The notes below the pieces were generated by a model. It was not told where the DNA came from and made no database searches. It saw only the letters and a program-made list of their open reading frames with translations. From assembly GCA_010092885.1 (NCBI GenBank), contig JAADYX010000017.1:9764-73763 (forward strand): 64,000 bases of DNA, written 5' to 3'. Below are positions 9,193 through 17,943 of the stretch, one piece after another. Positions within the stretch are counted from its first letter, which is position 1. Each line of letters begins with the position of its first letter. The DNA comes from Chloroflexota bacterium (lineage in GTDB: Bacteria > Chloroflexota > Anaerolineae > Aggregatilineales > UBA3940). A program made the translations under genes and the position numbers.

Positions 9193-10041
9193 CTACCAAT
9201 CCACTGAATCACTTTGCTTGGGTTCAAGACGCTGGAGCAGGGCGTTGTAGAAGTAAGTCCGCTTGCCCAGCCTGACAAAATGGGCCTCGTGGTGGCTGGA
9301 GTGAACCTCCACCACATCGTCGGAGGCCAATTCAAACTCCACCTGTCCATCTACCGTCAAAAAGGCCCGTTGGTCCGTGCGTGTTTGGATCCGCACTGCC
9401 GCCCCCTCGGCCAGAATCACAGGGCGATCCAGCGTAAGGTGAGGCGCAATGGGCAGCACCAGGATGTTGCGCAGTTCCGGTTGTAGGATAGGGCCGCCGG
9501 CTGCCAGCGCGTAGGCGGTTGATCCGGTTGGTGTGCTGATGATGATGCCGTCTGCCACATACGTGGTGAAGCGCTCACCATCGATCTCAACGCGCAGACG
9601 GACCACCCGGGCCACAGCGCCACGGCTGATCACCACATCGTTGAGCGCCAGATAGCTGCCCAACTGCTCGCCCTGCCGGTATGCCATCGCGAGGAGCATC
9701 ATGCGTTTTTCGATCCAGTACTCACCCGCCAGGATCCGGGAGAACGGCTCCTGCCAGTCATCGATGGACAGCTCGGAGAGAAACCCCAAACGGCCCATGT
9801 TGATGCCAATAATCGGCGTTTGTGACCCCGCCGCCATCCGGGCAACACGCAGCATGGAGCCATCGCCGCCAATAGTCACGATCAGATCAGACTCAGTGAT
9901 ACGCCGGACCAGATCATTGTCTTCACGCGAGTCGGCTGCCCACGCAGCAACAGCATGGGTATCCAACCATGTACGTATATCAGACGCGATGTCCTGTGAT
10001 GCGTCTTTCTTTGGATGGTAAAGAACGCCCACTCGCTTCAT
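9193..10041 (-). CDS. nadK: NAD kinase
   Basis: GGDGSMLR motif (VTIGGDGSMLRVARM) and STPTGSTAYALAAGGPI. Start chosen at MKRVGVLYHP (ATG 10041). Confidence 0.9.
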   Translation of the reverse strand: MKRVGVLYHPKKDASQDIASDIRTWLDTHAVAAWAADSREDNDLVRRITESDLIVTIGGDGSMLRVARMAAGSQTPIIGINMGRLGFLSELSIDDWQEPFSRILAGEYWIEKRMMLLAMAYRQGEQLGSYLALNDVVISRGAVARVVRLRVEIDGERFTTYVADGIIISTPTGSTAYALAAGGPILQPELRNILVLPIAPHLTLDRPVILAEGAAVRIQTRTDQRAFLTVDGQVEFELASDDVVEVHSSHHEAHFVRLGKRTYFYNALLQRLEPKQSDSVDW

Positions 10042-10073
10042 ACGCTGCCCTGTCAATCCTGAAAGCCGCCACA

Positions 10074-10079
10074 ATTATA
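10074..10079 (-). promoter_or_regulatory. Candidate -10 hexamer (perfect TATAAT on minus strand) for the nadK-recN operon
   Basis: Plus strand ATTATA at 10074-10079, 33 nt upstream of the nadK ATG. No convincing -35. Confidence 0.3.
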
Positions 10080-10144
10080 CCTGAAAGATGGTCAGCGGCT
10101 CCATGCCACAATGATAGCACAGGCGTTCTAAGACGCCACTTTTT

Positions 10145-10174
10145 TCGACAGGCGACTCGATGACCTGCTATACT
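10145..10174 (+). promoter_or_regulatory. Promoter of the PD40 lipoprotein gene, probably giving a leaderless mRNA
   Basis: TCGACA (10145-10150), 18-nt spacer, extended -10 TGcTATACT (10166-10174). Only 8 nt (GCTCACCC, no SD) before ATG 10183. Confidence 0.4.
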
Positions 10175-10182
10175 GCTCACCC

Positions 10183-12300
10183 ATGAAAAAGATACTTGCC
10201 ATCACTGCCCTGCTGCTGCTGATCGGCTGCAACGGTACCACACCAGAGCCGACCGACCAGCCCGTAGTCGAGCCCACATCAGTGACACCCGCGCCTACCC
10301 CAACCGAGACCGCAGTCGCCACTGAGCCACAGCCCGCACCCGAGCCCACCGAGGCTCCACCCACACCCTTGCCAGCCGTTACGCCATGGCCATTGGCTGC
10401 CGATCTGTACTACCTGAACGATGTTGGCCAGATCTGGCGGCAGTCTTATCTGGGTGACGAGAGTGCGGTCGCGCGGATCACACCGCTTGACACATTTGTG
10501 AGCGATTTCCATGTGGCGCCCGGTGGTGATTGGGTGGCATATCGCAGTGAAGGCACCGTAATCCTGACGTCCGTTGATGGGCGTGCCGGGCAGGTCATCG
10601 CGCAGGACACGGGCGAACCACCGGGCAGCGGTCAGACTCTCGTCTGGTCACCAGATGGCAGCCGGGTGGCGTACACAACCAATGCCGGTTTCCAGATGTA
10701 TGATTTCGGGGCGGGCGGTGGATTCACGCCCATCGTATTCGATGCAGCAGAAGAGCCATTGGTCGACCTGCAGTGGTCAGTCGACTCGCGGTGGCTGCTC
10801 GTCACGCGGGTTGACGGGCGTTCGGCGCTCTACACGGCGGATCCGGGTCTGGGCTTGTGGGCAGAGCTTGATCAGCTCAACGGGGCGGTATGGCTGCCGG
10901 ACGGGCGGATCGCCTTTGCACCCCAAGGGGGTGGGCTGGCCCTCCTCGATCCGGGCGATCTCGGATCGCGTATCTTCCTCGTCCCTCCTCAGCGGACCAT
11001 CAGCCTGCCGACTCTGGCTCGGGATGGGCAGCTCCGCTTTTTTGTCCATGAAGGCGGACTTGAGACGCCGGGATTCTTACACATGGCCAATCCCTCCGAT
11101 TTAAGCTTCAGTCCGGAAAGCGCCTTCCCTGTGGAGCCTATGGGCTGGGCCTGGAATCCGACCGGAGACCGGCTTGTACGCATCGGCGACGACACCACCA
11201 TCCAACTGCTCAATCCGCTGAACGGTGCCCCGGCGTCCTTCACAGGTTCAGGCACCCCGCTGAGTTTGCGTTGGAGCGATCCACCCCTTGAGGCTGTCAC
11301 AGGAGCCGATCTGCCCACGGATCTTTTCTTCCTTGCCGGACAGGCAGGCATCGATCAGGTTTGGCGCCTGCCTGCAGATGGTGGTGCGGCTGAACCCCTT
11401 ACCAATGCCAACAGCGATGTGATCGATTACACGGTTTCGCGTGAGGGCACACAGATTCTCTACAGTAGTGATGGAGTCCTCTACAGGCAGCCGGTTGGGG
11501 TCGGTTCACCAGAAGACCTCATCACCCTGACAGAGGAGACAGCCGCAGCATCACCCAGTTGGAGCCCCGACGGCAGCCGTTTCGCCTACAGTGACGGCGG
11601 CATCTGGCTCTACGACCTGGAGACCGGGCAGCCGCGCCGTCTGCTGTTCGACCGGACCGAGATTATCACCGGCTCTGAGCGGCAGGTGGAGCGCTATCTC
11701 AGGCCGAGCTGGTCGCCGGATGGACGCTGGCTGCTGATCCAGGTGGCCTTTTTCGAAGGCTATGACCTGGCCCTGCTTGGTGTCCCCGAGCCCGGCCAGT
11801 TCACGCAGCCTATTCCACTGAATGCGTTTAACGCGTCAGCCATATGGCTGGATGATGGCAGGCTGGTCGTCTTTGGGCAGGGTGGGGTAGGCGGCGATCC
11901 GGAGGTGGCAGTCATCACTCCGCCTGAGACGTTTTCCGGGACCGCAGAGCGAAATCAGCTGGCAGCACTGCCCGTTCTGGATGCCACCCAACGGAACGAT
12001 GGCCTGCTGGCTCTTCTGCGGCTGCCTGCGCCCTTCGGCATCGGCCCCACGAGCGTTCGCCTGTTCACCACACCTGTTGATGGCAGCAGCCTGCCGGAAG
12101 CCCAAACCCGAGCATACGTGATCAACCGGCCGAATCTCGCGCCGGATGCCAGCACAGCTGCCGGGTTGGCAAACATTCGCTTCAACAGCGAAGGGCAGCG
12201 ATCCGGTCAGATCGAAATACTCGACCTTGACACAGGTGAGGCCGTGCTCATTGCTGATATCTTTGATGCGCGCGATCTCAGTTGGTTAGGGGAACCTTAG
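10183..12300 (+). CDS. Lipoprotein with TolB-like PD40/WD40 beta-propeller repeats
   Basis: Lipobox LLLIGC. Pro/Thr/Glu-rich linker. Repeated WSPDG motifs (LVWSPDGSRVAY, SWSPDGSRFAY, SWSPDGRWLL). Confidence 0.7.
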   Translation: MKKILAITALLLLIGCNGTTPEPTDQPVVEPTSVTPAPTPTETAVATEPQPAPEPTEAPPTPLPAVTPWPLAADLYYLNDVGQIWRQSYLGDESAVARITPLDTFVSDFHVAPGGDWVAYRSEGTVILTSVDGRAGQVIAQDTGEPPGSGQTLVWSPDGSRVAYTTNAGFQMYDFGAGGGFTPIVFDAAEEPLVDLQWSVDSRWLLVTRVDGRSALYTADPGLGLWAELDQLNGAVWLPDGRIAFAPQGGGLALLDPGDLGSRIFLVPPQRTISLPTLARDGQLRFFVHEGGLETPGFLHMANPSDLSFSPESAFPVEPMGWAWNPTGDRLVRIGDDTTIQLLNPLNGAPASFTGSGTPLSLRWSDPPLEAVTGADLPTDLFFLAGQAGIDQVWRLPADGGAAEPLTNANSDVIDYTVSREGTQILYSSDGVLYRQPVGVGSPEDLITLTEETAAASPSWSPDGSRFAYSDGGIWLYDLETGQPRRLLFDRTEIITGSERQVERYLRPSWSPDGRWLLIQVAFFEGYDLALLGVPEPGQFTQPIPLNAFNASAIWLDDGRLVVFGQGGVGGDPEVAVITPPETFSGTAERNQLAALPVLDATQRNDGLLALLRLPAPFGIGPTSVRLFTTPVDGSSLPEAQTRAYVINRPNLAPDASTAAGLANIRFNSEGQRSGQIEILDLDTGEAVLIADIFDARDLSWLGEP

Positions 12301-12352
12301 GCGCCTTGCCAACGTCCTGAGAGCAGACAAGCTCGACAGGAGGAAAAACGCC

Positions 12353-12901
12353 ATGGCTGAACTGCCCCCTAACGAACGCCCACCGCAGCAAGAGAACATC
12401 CCTTTACAGACCTTCTTGTGGGCAGCTGCGGGATTCATCATTCTCGCAGCCATCGCGGCTGGCGCTGTGATCGGCTTTGCGGGAGGAACTATCGTCAGCC
12501 TGAGGGTAACCGCTACACCTACAGTCACTGCCTTGCGCACACCGACGATAACGCCTTCCTCAACCCCCTGGCCTACCCCGGTGCCGCAGCAGCAGGGAGG
12601 CCAGAACAGCATCGAGGAGGCCAGGCTTGGCGTCTATTACCGCACGATCGCCACCCCTGACGATCAGGAGCGCTTCCAGCAGGAGGGGGGCGCGATGATC
12701 GTGCGTGTGATCAGTGGTGGCCCCGCCGATGATGCCCGGCTCGGATCGGGGGATATCATCGGGCAGGTAGGGGCCACACCACTCACCGGCGATGTGACCC
12801 TATCCAGCGCACTGTCCCGGTTCAGTGCGGGGCAGTCCATCAGCCTGCGGGTGATCATCGCCGGTGAGGAGAACATCGTCGAGGTCATCCTAGGGCGCTG
12901 A
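12353..12901 (+). CDS. Single-pass membrane protein with C-terminal PDZ domain
   Basis: AGGAGG SD. TM helix FLWAAAGFIILAAIAAGAVIGFA. Pro/Thr linker. PDZ-like GGAMIVRVISGGPADDARLGSGDIIGQVG. Confidence 0.65.
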   Translation: MAELPPNERPPQQENIPLQTFLWAAAGFIILAAIAAGAVIGFAGGTIVSLRVTATPTVTALRTPTITPSSTPWPTPVPQQQGGQNSIEEARLGVYYRTIATPDDQERFQQEGGAMIVRVISGGPADDARLGSGDIIGQVGATPLTGDVTLSSALSRFSAGQSISLRVIIAGEENIVEVILGR

Positions 12902-14953
12902 GCCACCCATGATGCGGCGGTCTTCCTCACGTGCAACCCGCTTGCCCTCTTCGACATTCACGCCAAGCAGCAGCACGATGCCGATGAGGAAAAAGAGGAT
13001 CAGACTGAGGACGCCCCAACGACTGTTGCCCAGCAGGAAGCCCGCCGCAGCGAAAACCAGCGGCCCAAACAGTGACGCGAACTTCTCCATGATGCTGAAC
13101 AGGCCGAAGAACTCGCCGCTCTTGGAAGCGGGGGACATCGCCGCATACAGGCTGCGGCTGAGCGCCTGACTGCCGCCCTGCACCATGGCAATCATCCAGG
13201 CGATGAACCAGAACTCAATCGTTGAGTCGAGGAAGAAGCCCCACACCGCGACCACTGCATACACGGTCAGTGCGAGGATGATCCCGTTTTTGGTGTCGAT
13301 GCGCTCCACCAACCGCCCGAACAGGGGCCGCCCCAACACAAAGGCCAGCAGCAGACTGAAAAGGTTCACACCGATGAGAACACCCAACAGCGGCAGGATC
13401 ACGCCGAAGCCTTCGGCGCGAGCCGGGGGCAGTACCGTCACCTCGCTCACTGAGATCAGGGTACCGCTGGCTGCCGGATCGGCCTCACCCGTATTCACAA
13501 TCTCTAGCCTGTGGGCACCGGGCTCTTCCGCGCTGAGTGTCACCGACTCGTTGTAACGAAGCGTATCGCTGTACGCGTTGATCTCGTCCACCACTTCGCC
13601 GTCAATACGCAGCTCCCAGATCCCATGGCCAGGCCCTGTCGAGTGAACAACGATGACCTCCTGACCGTTGAATGGCACCACGAGTGCCGCTTCTGCTTGT
13701 TCGGTCTGATAGTAGCTGGCATCTAACGGCTCCCCACCGAACGGATCGTTGAGAAAGCCCAACAGCCCCGCCGGACGGAGTTCCTCGCCGGGGATCAGTT
13801 CGGCATCCCAGGTGCCATCCAACACGATGAGTGCCTCTTCCCCAAGCAGATAGTTCCCTTCGCCCAGCTCTGTCGCTGTCGATTCATAGGGGGGCGGGGC
13901 TGCACCGCTCAGATCAACGGGCAGCAAAAAGCGGCCGCTGATCGCGACGATGGGCAGCAGGATCAAATTGAATACGATGAAAGCCAGGAAAATAGGGCGC
14001 CGCTGCTCCTGTGCATTGGCGATCCGCCCGAACACCAGACTGAATGGTACCCCGACAAACTGTACGAGCAGCAGCGCAAGGATTGTGTCGATCAGGCCGA
14101 AGCCAAGCTCCGTCGCGTAGATGGCCGCCACACCGATAATGGTGCCGATGCCATCGTTGTAGATGAGGAAGGCGATCAAATAGCGGAACAGTTCCCGGTA
14201 GCGGCTCAGATCGCGCAGTGTTTCGCCCAACCGAGCGAAACCCGCACTGACGACCGTTTCTCCCGGTTCAAGGGTTTCGGTGGCGGCGGGTGGCTCAGGC
14301 ACCGGATCCGTGATGGGGGTGCGCAGAAAGAGCGGAATGGTAAATATCAGCCACCAGACGGCCACACTCAGGAAGGATAGCCGCTCCCCGGCAAATTCGA
14401 ACCATTCCGGCAGCAGCTGGATCATGGCCACGTTGATCGCCAGCAGGACACCACCACCCAGGTATCCGATGGCGAAACCCAGGGCCGAAACGCGATCCTG
14501 ATCCTCTTCACGGGCGACGTGGGGCAGCAGGGCATCGTAGAACGTGATCGAGCCGTTGAACCCGATCCGGCCGATGATCGCGAAGGCCGACGCCATGATC
14601 CAGTCACCCGTGCCGACCAGCACCAACATCGCGGTGCCAATAATTCCAATCCCGGCGAAGATGGACAGGAAGAGTTTCTTGCCGCGCATGATATCCGAGA
14701 TGGTGCCCAGGATCGGTGACAGCACCGCGACAATCAACAGGGAAACACTCAGGCCCAGGCTCCAGTAGGCTGTTGCTGTCGCCGAACTCGGCAGCGTCGC
14801 CCCCGCCACACTGCTGAAGTACACCGGCAGCACGGCCGCCAGGATAGTCGTAGCAAAGGCCGAATTGGCCCAATCGTATAGAGTCCATGCACGGATACGT
14901 CGTTTGTACGTTCGCTCGTCAATGCTTTGAAAATGGGCTGAAGCAGTGGTCAT
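12890..14953 (-). CDS. MFS transporter (UMF1/Atg22-like) with a ~170-aa soluble insertion
   Basis: Multiple hydrophobic helices throughout. N-terminus RAWTLYDWANSAFATTI is typical of the UMF1 family. A beta-rich hydrophilic block at about aa 342-515 interrupts the helices. Confidence 0.7.
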   Translation of the reverse strand: MTTASAHFQSIDERTYKRRIRAWTLYDWANSAFATTILAAVLPVYFSSVAGATLPSSATATAYWSLGLSVSLLIVAVLSPILGTISDIMRGKKLFLSIFAGIGIIGTAMLVLVGTGDWIMASAFAIIGRIGFNGSITFYDALLPHVAREEDQDRVSALGFAIGYLGGGVLLAINVAMIQLLPEWFEFAGERLSFLSVAVWWLIFTIPLFLRTPITDPVPEPPAATETLEPGETVVSAGFARLGETLRDLSRYRELFRYLIAFLIYNDGIGTIIGVAAIYATELGFGLIDTILALLLVQFVGVPFSLVFGRIANAQEQRRPIFLAFIVFNLILLPIVAISGRFLLPVDLSGAAPPPYESTATELGEGNYLLGEEALIVLDGTWDAELIPGEELRPAGLLGFLNDPFGGEPLDASYYQTEQAEAALVVPFNGQEVIVVHSTGPGHGIWELRIDGEVVDEINAYSDTLRYNESVTLSAEEPGAHRLEIVNTGEADPAASGTLISVSEVTVLPPARAEGFGVILPLLGVLIGVNLFSLLLAFVLGRPLFGRLVERIDTKNGIILALTVYAVVAVWGFFLDSTIEFWFIAWMIAMVQGGSQALSRSLYAAMSPASKSGEFFGLFSIMEKFASLFGPLVFAAAGFLLGNSRWGVLSLILFFLIGIVLLLGVNVEEGKRVAREEDRRIMGGSAP

Positions 14954-15039
14954 GGTGAGGCCTCCTTTGGTCCGGCCCTATTATGGATGCAGGCCGTGGA
15001 ATACAAAAACCGTGACAATTTTCCTAACACGCTGGCCCG

Positions 15040-15048
15040 TGGTAACGT
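15040..15048 (+). promoter_or_regulatory. Candidate extended -10 element TGgTAACGT for the glycan operon
   Basis: TG at 15040-15041, TAACGT at 15043-15048, 8 nt without an SD before ATG 15057. An alternative -10-like TATTAT lies at 14979-14984. Confidence 0.25.
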
Positions 15049-15056
15049 TGCGCCTG

Positions 15057-16274
15057 ATGCGTGTTCTGATGCTCTCGACTTACGATCGGCTGGGTGGTGC
15101 GGCTATCGCGGCACGACGGCTGCATGACGGCCTGCGTGCGGCCGGGGTTGACTCCCTGATGCTGGTCCACGAAAAAACCGATCCCGATGCGAGCGTTATC
15201 TCCGCATACAGCAGACTCAACACAGTGGAGCGGTTCCGGTTGTCACAGTCGATACGCAGACATGGTGCGGCACTGGGCAGGTATCCGGAGCGCACCACAG
15301 CGGATTGGAGTATCAACCGCTGGGAGAACGGTCTGCGGACCGCTATTGAGAGTTTGCAGCCTGATATCCTGCATCTGCATTGGGTTGGCAATGGCTATAT
15401 GCCGCTCCAAACTCTCAGCAGGATAAGGGTGCCTGTGGTCTGGACGCTGCATGATATGTGGGCCTTCACCGGAGGATGCCACTATACGGATGGGTGCGAA
15501 CAGTACACCGACTCGTGTGGATGCTGTCCGCAGTTGGCATCGGATACCGTGCGCGATCTGAGCCGCAGCGGCTGGATGCTGAGGCAGCGCCATCTGCCAG
15601 TTGAACGGCTGACCGTTGCCTCCCCAAGCCGGTGGCTTGCGGACTGCGCACGCAAGAGCAGCCTGCTTGCCAAAGCCGTCATTGACGTTATTCCCAACGG
15701 CCTGAGCCTTGACCGGTTCCGTCCTTTTGACAGGTCACTGGCCCGCAGCGTATTTGGTTTGCCCCACGATACACCGCTCATCCTATTCGGCGCAGTCAAC
15801 AGCACATCCACGCCCCGTAAAGGCTATGTATACCTAAAGCAAATGCTGCTTGATCTGCCGGCTGGCGTGCACACTGTGGTGTTTGGCACGTTTGACGGTC
15901 TGGACCTTCCAAGTTCCACAACATCTGTTGGTGTATTGCGCGACGAGCACACAATGGCCCTGCTCTATGCCGCTGCCGATGTTTTTGTGGCACCCTCCAC
16001 GCAGGACAATTTACCCAACACCGTCATGGAAGCGCTGGCCTGCGGCACACCTGTCGTCGCTTTCCGGATTGGTGGTATGCCGGATTTGATCACCCACGGC
16101 CAAACAGGGTATCTGGCCCAACCGTTCGATACGACCGATCTCGCGGCGGGCGTGACGGCCTGTCTGGAAAATCCATCATGGGGGCAAGCCGGTCGCCGCG
16201 ATGCCGAAGCGCGATATGGCATCGATCATGCGGCTCGTCGTTATTTGGAACTGTATAGATCGCTGCTGCCATGA
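15057..16274 (+). CDS. GT-B fold glycosyltransferase (GT4-like)
   Basis: Start at MRVLMLSTYDRLGGAAIAARRL. C-terminal motif STQDNLPNTVMEALACGTPVVAFRIGGMPDLI. The upstream in-frame extension (14946) overlaps the divergent MFS gene. Confidence 0.8.
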   Translation: MRVLMLSTYDRLGGAAIAARRLHDGLRAAGVDSLMLVHEKTDPDASVISAYSRLNTVERFRLSQSIRRHGAALGRYPERTTADWSINRWENGLRTAIESLQPDILHLHWVGNGYMPLQTLSRIRVPVVWTLHDMWAFTGGCHYTDGCEQYTDSCGCCPQLASDTVRDLSRSGWMLRQRHLPVERLTVASPSRWLADCARKSSLLAKAVIDVIPNGLSLDRFRPFDRSLARSVFGLPHDTPLILFGAVNSTSTPRKGYVYLKQMLLDLPAGVHTVVFGTFDGLDLPSSTTSVGVLRDEHTMALLYAAADVFVAPSTQDNLPNTVMEALACGTPVVAFRIGGMPDLITHGQTGYLAQPFDTTDLAAGVTACLENPSWGQAGRRDAEARYGIDHAARRYLELYRSLLP

Positions 16275-17086
16275 CCCACCCCCCCAGTATCAGCCTGGTG
16301 ACACCGTCCTACAATCAAGGGGTCTATCTTGAGGAGACGATCCGTTCCGTGGTGGAGCAGGGCTATCCGGACTTGGAATACATCGTCATGGATGGCGGTT
16401 CAACCGACAACTCGCCAGCGATTATCAAGCGGCACGCTGACAGCATCGCCTACTGGGTCAGTGAACCAGACAACGGACAGGCCGACGCGATCAACCGGGG
16501 CTTGGAGCGATCAACGGGTGAGGTGATGGGCTGGCTGAACAGCGATGATCGCCTGATGCCAGGCGCACTCTCCCTTGTGGGCCTTATCTTCGCAGCCTAT
16601 CCGAGCGTGATGTGGATCACAGGGCGAAGCGCCATCATGGATGCACACGGGCGATTGGCGGCTATCGGGCCCCGCCGCGGCTTTTTCCGTCGCGCCATCC
16701 GGAATGGACGCTACCACAATCGTGGCTTTGGCTTCATCCAGCAGGAAGGCACATTCTGGCGGCGTGCTCTTTGGGAAAAGGCAGGCGGGCTTGACCCGAA
16801 ACGGTACTACACCGCAGATTTTGAACTTTGGCAGCGCTTTGCCGCCCATGCCGATCTGGTGATGGTCCAGTCCATCCTGGCGATGTTCCGGCAGCATGAC
16901 CAACAGAAGTCCGCTGACCAGTCAGGCTACTATGCTGAGATCGGTGTTTCCGGCCCGGCAGTTTCCCAACGCATGCGACGGTGGGTACTACATCCGATTG
17001 CAGCACGCTTCGCACCGCAGATCGTTTACGAAAGTGGCCGATGGCAGTTCAAGCCAGGCCGGTATTTTCGTCCAGGGTTGGGATGA
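16271..17086 (+). CDS. GT-A fold glycosyltransferase (GT2)
   Basis: SLVTPSYNQGVYLEETIRSVVEQGYPDLEYIVMDGGSTDNS. ATGA overlap with the upstream gene. Confidence 0.85.
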   Translation: MTHPPSISLVTPSYNQGVYLEETIRSVVEQGYPDLEYIVMDGGSTDNSPAIIKRHADSIAYWVSEPDNGQADAINRGLERSTGEVMGWLNSDDRLMPGALSLVGLIFAAYPSVMWITGRSAIMDAHGRLAAIGPRRGFFRRAIRNGRYHNRGFGFIQQEGTFWRRALWEKAGGLDPKRYYTADFELWQRFAAHADLVMVQSILAMFRQHDQQKSADQSGYYAEIGVSGPAVSQRMRRWVLHPIAARFAPQIVYESGRWQFKPGRYFRPGLG

Positions 17087-17118
17087 TACGGTATAGTCGC
17101 TGGTCGTGAGGGAGGGCT

Positions 17119-17943
17119 ATGTCTAGCTATGTGATCACCACGCAGAACATAACCAACAGTCGGCGCATCCGCCGCTTTCTGAGTCTGCTTTTCACCTTGG
17201 CCAGCCGCGACATCCGATCACGCTACCGGCGATCAGTACTCGGGCCAATCTGGAGTATCCTGCAGCCGCTTATCCTGATGGTAGTGTTCACGCTGCTGCG
17301 CAGCCTGACCGGTCTGCGTGAAGGTGGTGTGACAACCGACCTCATGTTGACCTATACGGTATTGGTACCGTGGCAGTTCTTCAGCAACAGCATCAATCGG
17401 GCCGGGCCAAGCGTCATCGGGAACGGGTCCATCATGCGGAAGATTCGCGTTCCGCGTGAGATGTTCCCTGTGGTTGGCGTCATGACGGCGGGCTTCGATT
17501 TTGCCATGTCAGCCCTTGTTCTCACCGGCATGGTGATCGCGCTGGGCGAACCGGTCAACCTCCTGGCATTGCTATGGCTGCCGGTGTTGATGATTATGTT
17601 GACGCTGCTTGCGCTGGGGGTCGGCATGATCATCGCTTCCTTTGGCGTATACCGGCGCGACTTCATCCTGGCGAGCGGTTTTTTCACCCAGATCTGGCTG
17701 TATGCCAGCCCGATCATCTATACGCTTGAAGAAGCCCAAGGGCAGCTTTCCGAGACGTGGCAAACCGTTTACCTTCTCAACCCGACCGTTGGCATCCTTG
17801 AAGGGTTTCGCAGTGTGCTTGCTGATGGCACTGCGCCGGATTTGGATCTGTTAGCGACATCCGTACCGGCAACACTTATCTTCTTCTTGCTCGGGTGGGG
17901 GATCTACCGATACATGTCACAGTATTTTGCGGATGTGCTATGA
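17119..17943 (+). CDS. wzm: ABC-2 type polysaccharide/teichoic-acid export permease (Wzm/TagG-like)
   Basis: N-terminal signature LASRDIRSRYRRSVLGPIWSILQPLILM followed by six hydrophobic helices. GGGAGGG SD. Confidence 0.85.
   Translation: MSSYVITTQNITNSRRIRRFLSLLFTLASRDIRSRYRRSVLGPIWSILQPLILMVVFTLLRSLTGLREGGVTTDLMLTYTVLVPWQFFSNSINRAGPSVIGNGSIMRKIRVPREMFPVVGVMTAGFDFAMSALVLTGMVIALGEPVNLLALLWLPVLMIMLTLLALGVGMIIASFGVYRRDFILASGFFTQIWLYASPIIYTLEEAQGQLSETWQTVYLLNPTVGILEGFRSVLADGTAPDLDLLATSVPATLIFFLLGWGIYRYMSQYFADVL

Noticed and set aside
10122-10147. Small hairpin GGCGT/ACGCC followed by a T6 run, looking like a plus-strand terminator
   Set aside because: The stem is only 5 bp, and no plus-strand gene or obvious promoter lies upstream of it (nadK is on the other strand). 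It sits in the divergent control region. It could mark a tiny sRNA, but the evidence is too thin to call.
10240-10390. Low-complexity Pro/Thr/Glu/Ala-coding DNA considered as possible tandem repeats (also 47330-47450, 12500-12600 and 32290-32420)
   Set aside because: I saw no exact nucleotide periodicity. These stretches encode flexible linkers directly after lipoprotein or membrane anchors, a compositional feature rather than a repeat element.
14946-15056. Long N-terminal extensions offered by the ORF track (14946, 17895, 20004, 25886, 27954, 45131, 47210, 53354, 54234, 60907, 39972, 50168, 5884)
   Set aside because: Each extension overlaps the preceding gene or a terminator and adds non-homologous, Arg/Trp-rich sequence. 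In each case an internal start restores the family-typical N-terminus, a lipobox or signal peptide, an SD, or an ATGA/GTGA coupling.
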